Below are positions 27,934 to 37,851 of a stretch of 64,000 nucleotides of DNA, piece after piece (positions within the stretch are counted from its first letter, which is position 1; every line of letters begins with the position of its first letter). The position numbers and the translations under genes are program-made. This stretch comes from an uncultured Bacteroidales bacterium (GTDB lineage: Bacteria > Bacteroidota > Bacteroidia > Bacteroidales > UBA10428). Below the pieces are notes generated by a model. It ran no database searches and was not told the DNA's origin. It worked only from the letters and a program-made list of their open reading frames with translations. The stretch is taken from positions 3,067-67,066 of the forward strand of contig CAYWUI010000004.1 in the NCBI GenBank assembly GCA_964461435.1, read 5' to 3'.

Positions 27934-28695
27934 TTAACTATATGAGTTCGTTTTTAAAATGTTTTTAAGATTTTCCGTCAGCATGTATTCCCTTTTCAGC
28001 TCTTTTAAATATTTGTTTTTAATTTCCAGTGCCCTTTCAAGTGTTTTATTCTTATCAAATATTCTGATAACATCTTCAGGTCCTGTAAACCTGTTAATAA
28101 TTCCCAGGGCCGGATCAAAATTGGAATCAGCAATACTGCGTTTAACATTATTTGTTACATGTATAAGTAATCTCCAGTTAATCTGGGAAGGTATCGTAAA
28201 ATAGAACTTTTCACCTTCGAACAAATCCCTGTATATGCCTTCGGTGATTTCAGTAATTTTAAAATGCTTAAAAACCTTTAGTTTGCCTTCACTCTTAATT
28301 GTCCTGTAGCCCATAAACTTAATATCATTATCTTTATAATCGAGCTGTATTTCAGGTATCAGATCATACGATTCAAGCCCTTTAATCCTGATACAGGGAA
28401 AAATTTTATTCTGAATAATTACTTCACTGCAGCTAAAACTGCAATTATGGTACTTCTCATCTTTCAATACCTTTGATATCCGTTCAATCTTTTCAGGAAA
28501 ATACCTGTACATTAATATAAGATACACATAATTTAATATGGCCCTCGCTTCCTGCCCCTCTTTGTCTTCATACCCCGGGAACGGTTTCTCACTTTTCATG
28601 ACCAAAGTATTGGGCAGCGTATTTTTCTCAAGGTTTTTAAGTCTTTCGACCTTAATTATACACCCCGTTGTTTCGATAATCTGATATGGTAACAT
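27934..28695 (-). CDS. Hypothetical cytoplasmic protein, no recognisable family
   Basis: 253 aa with an ATG start and no signal peptide or TM helix. It is not low-complexity. It ends 51 nt (15 nt by the ORF-track start) before the downstream T9SS cargo gene. Confidence 0.6.
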   Translation of the reverse strand: MLPYQIIETTGCIIKVERLKNLEKNTLPNTLVMKSEKPFPGYEDKEGQEARAILNYVYLILMYRYFPEKIERISKVLKDEKYHNCSFSCSEVIIQNKIFPCIRIKGLESYDLIPEIQLDYKDNDIKFMGYRTIKSEGKLKVFKHFKITEITEGIYRDLFEGEKFYFTIPSQINWRLLIHVTNNVKRSIADSNFDPALGIINRFTGPEDVIRIFDKNKTLERALEIKNKYLKELKREYMLTENLKNILKTNSYS

Positions 28696-28832
28696 AGCAG
28701 CAAGTTTTTAGGTTAACCAGTAGACTATAAAATTATGTTCCGGACAGGGTTTTCAGTATTTTTACAAGATACAAAAATATCATCAGATTACCAATTTTAT
28801 ACGGCTTAATTTAGCTGTTTATACACGGGCAG

Positions 28833-31730
28833 TCATAATAAACTTGTATTGACAGACAATAAAAATTCTGCGGAAAAACTGCTTTTTAAAGGAAGATAGG
28901 AGCATCTTATCCCGGCATTAAAAGGAAAAATAAATCTCAGAACATTTAGATCAGATGTTAATTCGATCCCAAGAGAATTGTACCACCCTGTATATAAATC
29001 TTCTGCAGATTCAGCATTATGCCTGACATTATAACCATAAGCATGATCCAAGAAAAGATTCATTTTGATTCTCTTGACATATACAACCGGGCCTAAGGAA
29101 ATTTCAGGGTAAGCCAGGGGAAACGAATAATCAAGGGTCAGCTTCCAGGATTTTTCCGAGTAATAATTTGGATAACCTCTTGGCAGGAGTACCCTGTTAA
29201 TGTAATAAATGAACATTTTAGGGTATTGTTTTTGCATGCCTCCGTATATTCTGAAGCTGTGGTGTGGGAATAATCCGGGGAAGTACAATTTTGAGCTTAC
29301 TGAGAACAATGACCCGAATAATTTATTTGAGGGGGAGTGTGTGTATGTGAAATATACTGCCTGTCCCCATTTATAGTCAATATCGCGGTGCGAAGGCCTC
29401 AAATATCTGTATAATCCCAGTTTATAATGGAGGCTGGAAATACCTTTTTTATATCCGCCATCAAAATAATAAAGGGTATTGAATTCGTATTCAGCCCGGG
29501 GGATGACTATTTTAACATATTTACCGTTACTGAACCTCAATGGCAGATATGATTTTACTAAATAGCTTTTTTCATATGAAACATTTTTAGGGGCATCAAT
29601 ATTCTCATACAGCTTCAAATAAGTTGAAGGACCGCCCAAAATTGCTGAAAATTCCAGTACCGGATAAAATCCGTAATAAGTAAATTTCGGGTACAGATAG
29701 TGATATCCTTTTTCATAAGAATAACCTATGCTCGAGACCGCAGTACTTAGTTCATTTTGGGAAAGTATTGTTAATCCCAATGATAACGGCAGATCCGACA
29801 AATCAATATTCTCATAATCAAGATTAACATAAAAAGGGTACCAGCTGTGAAGATTAAAAAGGTGCGTCAAGCGTGAATAATATTCTGGTTTAAATATTAC
29901 GGAAGGTATGTCGCTTTCCTGTATATTCTTATCCTCCAGCTGTGCCAGCGGATTGTACCATTTCACAGAGATATCGGTGACATCAGAAAGAGGTATCCAT
30001 TTGTCCGTATCGAGGGGTGCCAATACTGACTTATAACCATTTGAAGTATAGTCCGCATAAAGCAGTTCATCACTTTTATTGATAACCGAGGGATCATATG
30101 CTCCATATCTGGAAGAAGTGACCTGGAATATATTCCCCGAGCTGACATTAACAGCATAAATATTATCTATTCCATTAAATCCCCCTCTGAACAGAATATA
30201 ATTCTTCCATACCACAGGCTGGGAAATATCGATATTCTTTGAACTATATACAGTGCTCCATACCTGTCCTGCAAGATCATATCTCTTTATTTTCTTACCT
30301 TCCCCATCAACTGATACTGCAATAATATCATTCTTGTCCGTCCATGCCGGGTATTGAAGCTGATTATCTGCCTCAGAGGGGATTCTTTTTATAACAGTAC
30401 CGCTATGGGCATTAATTATGGTTAAATAATTAATATTTTGCTTATCTATCTCAATTACAACTATTTTTTCCCCATCATTTGAAATAGAAGGTGAAAAGTA
30501 CCTGGTTTTCCGTGTCAGCCGTTTTTTCTTCCCTGTCCCTGTATCCATTATTTTAATAACAGAATAACTGCGGTGTTCCCACCTGGGATCCTCTACTATT
30601 TCATCCCATACTATTTTACTGTCTTGGGAAGATAACCTGTCAGTGGACATATACCCGGGAGTATGTATTCTATTTTCAGTTCCATTCCGCGAAACCAGCA
30701 CAAACTGTGTTAAATGATCAATACTGCTTTTTAAGACAACAACTGTACTGTCATTTACATATTGAGGATACCTGTAGCTGGTATAGAATTTTGACTTTTC
30801 ACCTGAAATATATGAATAATCTGTATAGTTAACATTATTTATTTGTTTCTTCCACAAATATTTAAGGGTGTCAAATGTTTCTCTATACAATTTTACCTTG
30901 GAAAGGTTATAATTTTTTTTCATCCCCAGATAAAAGGGGCATAATAAATAAGGCTTTCTGGCAACATTATCCAGAATTGTACTGGAAAAATACGGGTCAT
31001 ACTTCAACCTGGCGTATGCTACCATTAAATAGCCCGAAGGATAGTAGTCAGGTATAAAATCCTTGAATGAGCCAAAATACATCTTGTCATATGAAATCTT
31101 ACTGCCATTTTCAGTATAAAGGGCTTTCAGTTTCATTTCGAATGAAGGCAACCTTCCCCTGCCCGTGCTGGAAAGGGCTGTCTCAGTCACAACGGCATCT
31201 CCTTCCACAAACCATAATGGCAGATAGCCAACCATTGCTCCTGTAGCCTGCTGTCCGAAAGTCCATGATAAGACCCTTGTAAATCCCTGGTTTAGTTTAT
31301 CTACCTGCGCTATATGCCTGAATTCGTGCAGTGCCAGTTGTTCCAGCCAGTCTTCCCCGTAGCTGTCCGGGGGAGTAGTAGTAATAAACTCCATGCGTTT
31401 TGGAGCCCAAGATACATAACCATTGGATAATGCGGAACTATTATGAAGAATAACCGGGACTTTCCCTGGCTTCCTGTCAAGGCTTTTTGTTATAGGTTCA
31501 TAAGAATAATCAAGGAGGTTTGCCAGTCTGTTTGACTCTTTATAAAATTCTTTCGGATAAATTATCCTGAAGTGCCGGGTATTTATTTGTTCCCATGAAG
31601 TTGAAAAAGGATCCTGTCCGGTTGAAAAAAACTGTGTATATCCTTCTGAAAAAAGCAAAACAAGCAAAGTAAGAGCAACAAAAATTTTTTTGCAATTGCA
31701 GCCTTTAAATTTCAGTTTCACTAGTCTCAA
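28833..31730 (-). CDS. Large exported protein: HExxH metallopeptidase-like N-domain, TolB/PD40-like beta-propeller middle, aromatic-rich beta C-terminal region
   Basis: 965 aa with a signal-like N-terminus (IFVALTLLVLLFSEGYTQ) and LALHEFRHIAQ. PD40-like strands include FSPSISNDGEKIVVIE and YDPSVINKSDELLYADY. The C-terminal ~350 aa are rich in alternating Y/F/L residues. There is no in-frame ATG near the start (TTG 31730 or GTG 31721). Confidence 0.7.
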   Translation of the reverse strand: MRLVKLKFKGCNCKKIFVALTLLVLLFSEGYTQFFSTGQDPFSTSWEQINTRHFRIIYPKEFYKESNRLANLLDYSYEPITKSLDRKPGKVPVILHNSSALSNGYVSWAPKRMEFITTTPPDSYGEDWLEQLALHEFRHIAQVDKLNQGFTRVLSWTFGQQATGAMVGYLPLWFVEGDAVVTETALSSTGRGRLPSFEMKLKALYTENGSKISYDKMYFGSFKDFIPDYYPSGYLMVAYARLKYDPYFSSTILDNVARKPYLLCPFYLGMKKNYNLSKVKLYRETFDTLKYLWKKQINNVNYTDYSYISGEKSKFYTSYRYPQYVNDSTVVVLKSSIDHLTQFVLVSRNGTENRIHTPGYMSTDRLSSQDSKIVWDEIVEDPRWEHRSYSVIKIMDTGTGKKKRLTRKTRYFSPSISNDGEKIVVIEIDKQNINYLTIINAHSGTVIKRIPSEADNQLQYPAWTDKNDIIAVSVDGEGKKIKRYDLAGQVWSTVYSSKNIDISQPVVWKNYILFRGGFNGIDNIYAVNVSSGNIFQVTSSRYGAYDPSVINKSDELLYADYTSNGYKSVLAPLDTDKWIPLSDVTDISVKWYNPLAQLEDKNIQESDIPSVIFKPEYYSRLTHLFNLHSWYPFYVNLDYENIDLSDLPLSLGLTILSQNELSTAVSSIGYSYEKGYHYLYPKFTYYGFYPVLEFSAILGGPSTYLKLYENIDAPKNVSYEKSYLVKSYLPLRFSNGKYVKIVIPRAEYEFNTLYYFDGGYKKGISSLHYKLGLYRYLRPSHRDIDYKWGQAVYFTYTHSPSNKLFGSLFSVSSKLYFPGLFPHHSFRIYGGMQKQYPKMFIYYINRVLLPRGYPNYYSEKSWKLTLDYSFPLAYPEISLGPVVYVKRIKMNLFLDHAYGYNVRHNAESAEDLYTGWYNSLGIELTSDLNVLRFIFPFNAGIRCSYLPLKSSFSAEFLLSVNTSLL

Positions 31731-31768
31731 GTTGAATTATCCCCTATAAATAATCAATTTATAATCTT

Positions 31769-33013
31769 TTATGCTTCTACTATTTTAAACAGTTTATCTG
31801 ATCTTCTTATAATCCGGTCAACCGGAATTGAGAATCTTTCGCCCTGTGTTGTCTGCACTACATTTTTTAGATCAACTCTTATTTCTTTAACAAATTCCTG
31901 TATAACACCTGTTGTCGGCCCGGTAATAAGTATCTCATCACCTACACTCAGTGTATTTGCTTCACAGGTAAATTCCGCAACTTTAATTTTATCAAAATAA
32001 TTTACTCCTTTCCCTATATATATTTTCTTTTTGGTAGCTTTTGATCCATATATGTCACTCCATTCCCCCAGTTTTTTCCCCATGTAATATCCGTCCCAGA
32101 ATCCCCTGTTAAAAACCGTGGATAATCTTTTTGTCCATTTATCTGCTTTGTCTCTTGCAAATGTACCTGCCAGGTATGAGTTTATTGCCTCGTTATAACA
32201 CTCAGTAACTGTTTTAACATATTCGGGGGGCCTAGCCCTTCCCTCTATTTTGAGTACACTGACTCCTGCTTCAAGGATTTTATCCAGGAAGTGTATAGTA
32301 CACAGGTCTTTTGGTGACATGATATGCTCGTTCTCTATATCAAGCTCAAATCCCGTTTCTTTATCCCTGACTGTATACGTGCGCCGGCAGTCCTGCAGGC
32401 ATTCACCCCTGTTAGCCGAATAGTTATGTTCATGAAGACTCAGGTAACATTTTCCTGAAATTGACATACACAGGGCTCCGTGGATAAACAGTTCAAGCTT
32501 AACATAGTCCCCCGATGGACCCAGAATTTTATCCTTTATTACATACTTCGCAATGTCAGATATTTGCTTTAAATCGAGTTCCCGTGCGAGGACTATTACA
32601 TCAGCATACTTTGAAAAAAATTTAAAAGACTCAATGTTACTGACATTTACCTGGGTAGATATATGGATGCTCATCCCCGTACTCCTCGCATAGTCAATAG
32701 CTGCCAGGTCAGATACAATTACGGCATGCACTCCTGCTTTCCTGGCCAGATTTATTATTTCTTTAATCCTCGGCAGTTCGGAATCATATAGTACGGTGTT
32801 TAGGGCAAGGTAAGCCTTGATATTGTATTTATCACAAAGATCTGTAATCTTATCCAGGTCATCCTCAGTAAAATTATATGAAGATCTCGCGCGCATATTA
32901 AGTTTCCCCAGTCCGAAATATACCGAATTTGCTCCTCCCTGAATAGCGGCCATCAGCGAGTCAAAGGACCCCGCAGGAGCTGTCAAATCAATATCTTCTC
33001 TTTTAATCTTCAT
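31769..33013 (-). CDS. Peptidase U32-family protein
   Basis: 414 aa with a U32 TIM-barrel pattern (GANSVYFGL, ALNTVLYDSEL, the Cys cluster GECLQDCRR) and a C-terminal beta-barrel domain. Confidence 0.9.
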   Translation of the reverse strand: MKIKREDIDLTAPAGSFDSLMAAIQGGANSVYFGLGKLNMRARSSYNFTEDDLDKITDLCDKYNIKAYLALNTVLYDSELPRIKEIINLARKAGVHAVIVSDLAAIDYARSTGMSIHISTQVNVSNIESFKFFSKYADVIVLARELDLKQISDIAKYVIKDKILGPSGDYVKLELFIHGALCMSISGKCYLSLHEHNYSANRGECLQDCRRTYTVRDKETGFELDIENEHIMSPKDLCTIHFLDKILEAGVSVLKIEGRARPPEYVKTVTECYNEAINSYLAGTFARDKADKWTKRLSTVFNRGFWDGYYMGKKLGEWSDIYGSKATKKKIYIGKGVNYFDKIKVAEFTCEANTLSVGDEILITGPTTGVIQEFVKEIRVDLKNVVQTTQGERFSIPVDRIIRRSDKLFKIVEA

Positions 33014-33124
33014 TATTCAGATAATAAAAATCCCCGACAATACTTTACAATCAGGCCGCAGTTGATTCAATCCCTGTATCCGTGATTTTTACAACATAAT
33101 AATCCATACCGTTAAACGGATAAT

Positions 33125-33895
33125 CTAAAAGTCCATTTCAGCATAAACCGGGCAATGGTCGGAGTGGTTCACCTTATTCAGTATGCCTGCACTTCTTAAC
33201 CGGGCTCTTAATGATTCGGATATTAAAAGATAATCAATGCGCCAGCCCAGATTCTTTGCCCTTGCATCAGCCCTGTAGCTCCACCATGAATATTGTTCAG
33301 GTTCTTTATTAAACTCCCTGAATGTATCAATAAACCCGCTTTGAATAAAATTATCAAACCATTCTCTTTCTTCCGGCAAAAAGCCCGATGATTTTTTATG
33401 CTTTTCAGGACGGTTAATGTCTACAGGTTTATGACAAATATTAAAATCCCCTGAAATAATAATATTTGGCTTTATTTTACTTAGGTTGCCTATATATGTT
33501 TGAAAGTCCCCGAGGAATCTCATTTTAAAATCCTGCCTTATTCCTCCCAGTGTACCGGAAGGAATATACACGCATATTAAGGTTATATCATTGTAGTCAG
33601 CTCTTATTAGTCTGCCTTCAATATCATATTCCCTTATATTCATTCCATACTGTACCGATTCGGGTTTATCCCTTGTAAAAAGCGCTGTGCCGCTATAACC
33701 TTTCCTTTCAGCAAAATGCCAGTAAGTATTATACCCGTAATTTTCAAAAGTCGCTTTATCCACCTGCCCTGCCTGAATTTTTATTTCCTGTATACACAAT
33801 ATATCCGGTTTTTCTTCCTTTATCCAGCATGCAAAACCTTTGCCGGAGGCCGCCCGTATACCGTTTATGTTGTATGAAACAATACGCCTGATCAT
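33125..33895 (-). CDS. xth: Exodeoxyribonuclease III
   Basis: 256 aa with IVSYNINGIRA, ILCIQEIK, GDFNICH, RIDY and SDHCPV. Confidence 0.93.
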   Translation of the reverse strand: MIRRIVSYNINGIRAASGKGFACWIKEEKPDILCIQEIKIQAGQVDKATFENYGYNTYWHFAERKGYSGTALFTRDKPESVQYGMNIREYDIEGRLIRADYNDITLICVYIPSGTLGGIRQDFKMRFLGDFQTYIGNLSKIKPNIIISGDFNICHKPVDINRPEKHKKSSGFLPEEREWFDNFIQSGFIDTFREFNKEPEQYSWWSYRADARAKNLGWRIDYLLISESLRARLRSAGILNKVNHSDHCPVYAEMDF

Positions 33896-33982
33896 AATTA
33901 TTTTATTTAATTGATAAAAATAATAAATATATTATTTAATTTGAGTATTAAATATTTGTATTGATCTATCATAAAATACCAA

Positions 33983-34909
33983 TTGGAAAAAGGTCTTGTA
34001 ATAAAATCAACCGGGAGCTGGTATACTGTTAAAAATGGCCATGATATTATAAAATGCAAGATTAAAGGTATATTCCGGATAAAAGATATCACCACCACAA
34101 ATCCTGTTACAGTAGGAGACATAGTTAATTACCAGGTTTTAAGTGGCAATGATATAGGCATAATCACTGATATACAGGAAAGAAAAAATTACATTATCCG
34201 GAAGGCATCAAATCTGTCAAAGGAAGCACATCTGATAGCATCCAATGTTGACCAGGCATTTTTAATGTTTACCCTTACTTCCCCCGAGACCCTGCTGGAA
34301 TTTGTTGACAGATTTCTTGTTACTGCAGAAGCCTATCACATATCGACGATATTAATAATTAATAAGATTGATTTATATGACGATATAACTCTTGAAAGGA
34401 TGAATTCAGTCAAAGCGATCTACCGTAATGCAGGCTACCGGTGTTATGAAACATCAGTAACAGAGAAAATAAATATTGATATTATAAAAAACCTGATGAA
34501 AGATAAGATCAGTGTTATATCAGGAAATTCAGGAGTCGGCAAGTCAGCTCTTATCAATGCAATAGATAAAAATCTAAATTTAAAGGTTGAAGAAATATCA
34601 TCATACCATAAAAAGGGCAAGCATACCACTACATTTTCCGAGATGTATGAACTGAAAGGCGGGGGTTATATTATTGATACTCCGGGAATAAAAGGATTCG
34701 GACTGATCGATTTTGAGGAAAATGAAATCAGCCTTTTTTTCCCTGAAATATTTAAACTATCAAAGGATTGCCAGTATTATAATTGCAGTCATATTCATGA
34801 ACCCGGATGTGCAGTTAAAAAAGCATTGGAAAACGGTTTATTGAGCGCGTCAAGATATAAAAGTTATGTTAATATTATGGACAAGGATGCTGGCAAATAC
34901 AGAATATAA
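33983..34909 (+). CDS. rsgA: Ribosome small-subunit-dependent GTPase A
   Basis: 308 aa with an OB-fold N-terminus (GLVIKSTGSWYTV) and a circularly permuted GTPase (INKIDL, GNSGVGKSALIN, DTPGIK). The Zn knuckle is C-x2-C-x-H-x5-C (CQYYNCSHIHEPGC). The start is TTG, with no in-frame ATG nearby. Confidence 0.92.
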   Translation: MEKGLVIKSTGSWYTVKNGHDIIKCKIKGIFRIKDITTTNPVTVGDIVNYQVLSGNDIGIITDIQERKNYIIRKASNLSKEAHLIASNVDQAFLMFTLTSPETLLEFVDRFLVTAEAYHISTILIINKIDLYDDITLERMNSVKAIYRNAGYRCYETSVTEKINIDIIKNLMKDKISVISGNSGVGKSALINAIDKNLNLKVEEISSYHKKGKHTTTFSEMYELKGGGYIIDTPGIKGFGLIDFEENEISLFFPEIFKLSKDCQYYNCSHIHEPGCAVKKALENGLLSASRYKSYVNIMDKDAGKYRI

Positions 34910-35028
34910 TAACAGAATAATAATTTTTCACCCTGTTAAAGAATTTATAAGTATTTTTATTTTTTATATTTATCTTAGTTTTTTCGCTTTTTAGTATATT
35001 TTCTGTTGCAGACTATTGGTTTAAGAAA

Positions 35029-37848
35029 ATGAAAAAACTATATATATCTCTTATAATTGTAACTGCCGGAGTTATTGCCCTTAACATATTGTTTTTTTAC
35101 CAGTCTTATTTAAGGCAGATATCGTATCAACGGAATATCCTCTTTCAGCAGGCTGAAAATGCGGGGAATGAAATAGAATCTGTTGTTGCTGCCTTTGAAA
35201 GCGACATAAACAAAATCCTGTTTTATGATGACATTGCTGAAATTTTCGGCAGCAGTGATATAAAGGAAGGCGGGATGAGAAAGCTGAAAATGTTTTACAC
35301 GACCTATAATCATCTTATTAAGAATATATATATATACGACAAAAATAGAAATGTACTTAACCTGTTTAAAGACAGCAAAGAAAACTTTATAATTGACTAT
35401 TATATTGCGCAGCGGCAGGCTGTGCTGGAAGAAAGAGATGTTGTCAAATTAAAAAATAACAATTACCAGTTTTACCTGCCGGTATTCAAAAAAAATAAGG
35501 TGTATGGGAATATAATTGTTGCAGTGGATTTTACGAGATACATGAATTCCGTTCTTGATAAATATTATCTCGAAAATACAATGTGGCAATGGATTATAGA
35601 CAGCTCGGGAAATGTATTATCCACGAATATCGGATCTGAAGTTAAATTCACTGAAATCCGGGAAATAACGTCAAACCTGAAAAAAGACCTGAAAAATTTT
35701 ATAAAACATGCTGCATATATTAATAATAAAAAAGAAACACTTATTTCAGTATATCATCCTGTCAATATTTTAAGGCAGAATTTTGGTATCGTTTTTTCAT
35801 TAAAAAATAGTGTTATACATGATTATATATTAAAAAAGATGTTTTTATCGGCCGGATTGAGCCTGGTTATCCTGTTTTCATCATTATTTTTCCTTCTGCA
35901 AATAATTCACAGGAAATCAAAAACAGGACAGGAAATTGCTTCAGAGATGAAAAGGCTTGAATTAATCATAGATAACCTGCCCATTGGATTATTAATACTT
36001 GACAGTGACAGAAAGGTCAAAACAGTTAATAAGACAGCAAAGGAACTATTATTATTAAAGGAAGATGAAAATGTTATCGGCAAAGATGTTTCAGACAGAT
36101 TCCTGTTATCAAAAAACTATTATTCCGATGAAGATAATATTTCAGCATACGATTCAAACCAGTTTATACTATACCAGAAAGAAGGCAATGAAGTTGTTGT
36201 CTATAAAAAGGAAGTTCCTTTTCCGCTGGATGGCAAAATAGTTTTTCTTGAAGCATTCATAGATATAACATCAGTAGAGAAATCAAGGAAGTATGCTGTA
36301 GCTGCCAATACTGCCAAATCTGAATTTCTGGCCAGCATGAGCCACGAAATCAGAACCCCTATGAACGGCATTATTGGTATGACAGATGCCCTTGATCAGC
36401 AAAATCTTACTCCTTCGCAAAAGGAATATGTTGAAATTGTAAAAAAATCAGCTGATTTGTTGCTAAATATCATTGATGATATACTGGATTTTTCAAAGAT
36501 CGAATCAGGTAAAATGCAGCTGGAAGAGATTCCCTTTAAACTAAGGGAAGAAATAAAACTGTCATTAGACTTGTTCCGCCCGATAATAAACGAGAAAAAG
36601 CTTAAACTGACAGTTGATATAAATCCCGACATCCCTGAAAACGTTATAGGCGATTCCTTCAGGTTGCGGCAGGTTTTATCAAATCTTATAAGCAATGCAG
36701 TGAAGTTTACACATGAAGGAGAAATTGCCGTTGGCGTAAAACTTGAAGAAGAGTATTCCGGGAATCTGACATTATTATTTTATGTTGAAGATACAGGTGT
36801 TGGCATACCTGAGAAGAAAATCGAAAGTATATTCAGTTCCTTTACGCAGGCAGATGATTCAACGTCAAGAAAATACGGAGGGACAGGTTTGGGAACAACC
36901 ATTTCCAAACAGCTTGTTAATCTTATGCACGGAGAAATCTGGGTAGAAAGTCCGTCCAGTATCTCGGCCAGCAAAAAGTATCCCGGTTCAAAATTTACAT
37001 TTACAATTGAAGTATTCTCAAATGAGAAACTGGACAAAAATTTGAATTTTGATAATATCACTGATTTCAGTCAGGTTAACGCCCTGGTTCTCACAGGTAA
37101 TATTGAAAGTAAAGTAAGGCTTGTCTATTTCTTTAAGCAAATCGGATTAATATTTGAAGCATTTAATTTTCACGTAGATAAACTAAAGGATCTGAATAAT
37201 AAATTGAAAGAAAAAGGTAAGGATTTCAAACTAATATTTATTATGGATGAACCTAATTACAAGGGATTTGAAATTGCCCATAAATTAAAGGAAACCTCAG
37301 TATCAAATTCATATATAATCTTTATAATAAGCTCAAATCATAAACCCGATAATTATATACAGGCAAAACGTGAAGGGATTGATTACTATTTAATACAGCC
37401 TTTTGAGCATGAAGATTTATCAGGCTATTTGCATGACACTTTCCCAAACGTTAAAGTAATAACAGGGGAAGAGGCAAAAAAGATAAGAACTGATTTATCC
37501 ATACTGGTAGCTGAAGACAATATTATTAATCAGAAAGTAGCGGAAACGATATTCAATAATCTCGGTATGAAAATTGATATTGCCAGTGACGGAAAGGAAA
37601 CAGTTGAAAAATTCAGTAGCAAGCACTATGATATCATATTTATGGACCTGGTTATGCCAAATAAAGATGGCATTCAGGCTACGGTTGATATCCGCGGAAA
37701 GGGCAGCCAGGTTCCTATAATAGCTATGACAGCCACTGCCAGCAAGCAAACCCAGGCTCAGGCAATAGCATCAGGCATGAATGATTATATTATAAAGCCG
37801 GTTAAGCTTGAGACGGTGAGAAGTATTTTATTAAAATGGTTTGCATAG
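35029..37848 (+). CDS. Hybrid sensor histidine kinase / response regulator
   Basis: 939 aa. The order is TM helix, ~250-aa extracytoplasmic sensor, TM helix, PAS-like region and HisKA (SHEIRTPMNG, His codon 36343..36345). Then come HATPase (NLISNAVKFT, DTGVGIP, GGTGLGT), a degenerate receiver-like segment and a canonical REC (AEDN...FMDLVMPNKDG, Asp codon 37645..37647, ...KP). Confidence 0.9.
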   Translation: MKKLYISLIIVTAGVIALNILFFYQSYLRQISYQRNILFQQAENAGNEIESVVAAFESDINKILFYDDIAEIFGSSDIKEGGMRKLKMFYTTYNHLIKNIYIYDKNRNVLNLFKDSKENFIIDYYIAQRQAVLEERDVVKLKNNNYQFYLPVFKKNKVYGNIIVAVDFTRYMNSVLDKYYLENTMWQWIIDSSGNVLSTNIGSEVKFTEIREITSNLKKDLKNFIKHAAYINNKKETLISVYHPVNILRQNFGIVFSLKNSVIHDYILKKMFLSAGLSLVILFSSLFFLLQIIHRKSKTGQEIASEMKRLELIIDNLPIGLLILDSDRKVKTVNKTAKELLLLKEDENVIGKDVSDRFLLSKNYYSDEDNISAYDSNQFILYQKEGNEVVVYKKEVPFPLDGKIVFLEAFIDITSVEKSRKYAVAANTAKSEFLASMSHEIRTPMNGIIGMTDALDQQNLTPSQKEYVEIVKKSADLLLNIIDDILDFSKIESGKMQLEEIPFKLREEIKLSLDLFRPIINEKKLKLTVDINPDIPENVIGDSFRLRQVLSNLISNAVKFTHEGEIAVGVKLEEEYSGNLTLLFYVEDTGVGIPEKKIESIFSSFTQADDSTSRKYGGTGLGTTISKQLVNLMHGEIWVESPSSISASKKYPGSKFTFTIEVFSNEKLDKNLNFDNITDFSQVNALVLTGNIESKVRLVYFFKQIGLIFEAFNFHVDKLKDLNNKLKEKGKDFKLIFIMDEPNYKGFEIAHKLKETSVSNSYIIFIISSNHKPDNYIQAKREGIDYYLIQPFEHEDLSGYLHDTFPNVKVITGEEAKKIRTDLSILVAEDNIINQKVAETIFNNLGMKIDIASDGKETVEKFSSKHYDIIFMDLVMPNKDGIQATVDIRGKGSQVPIIAMTATASKQTQAQAIASGMNDYIIKPVKLETVRSILLKWFA

Positions 37849-37851
37849 TCT

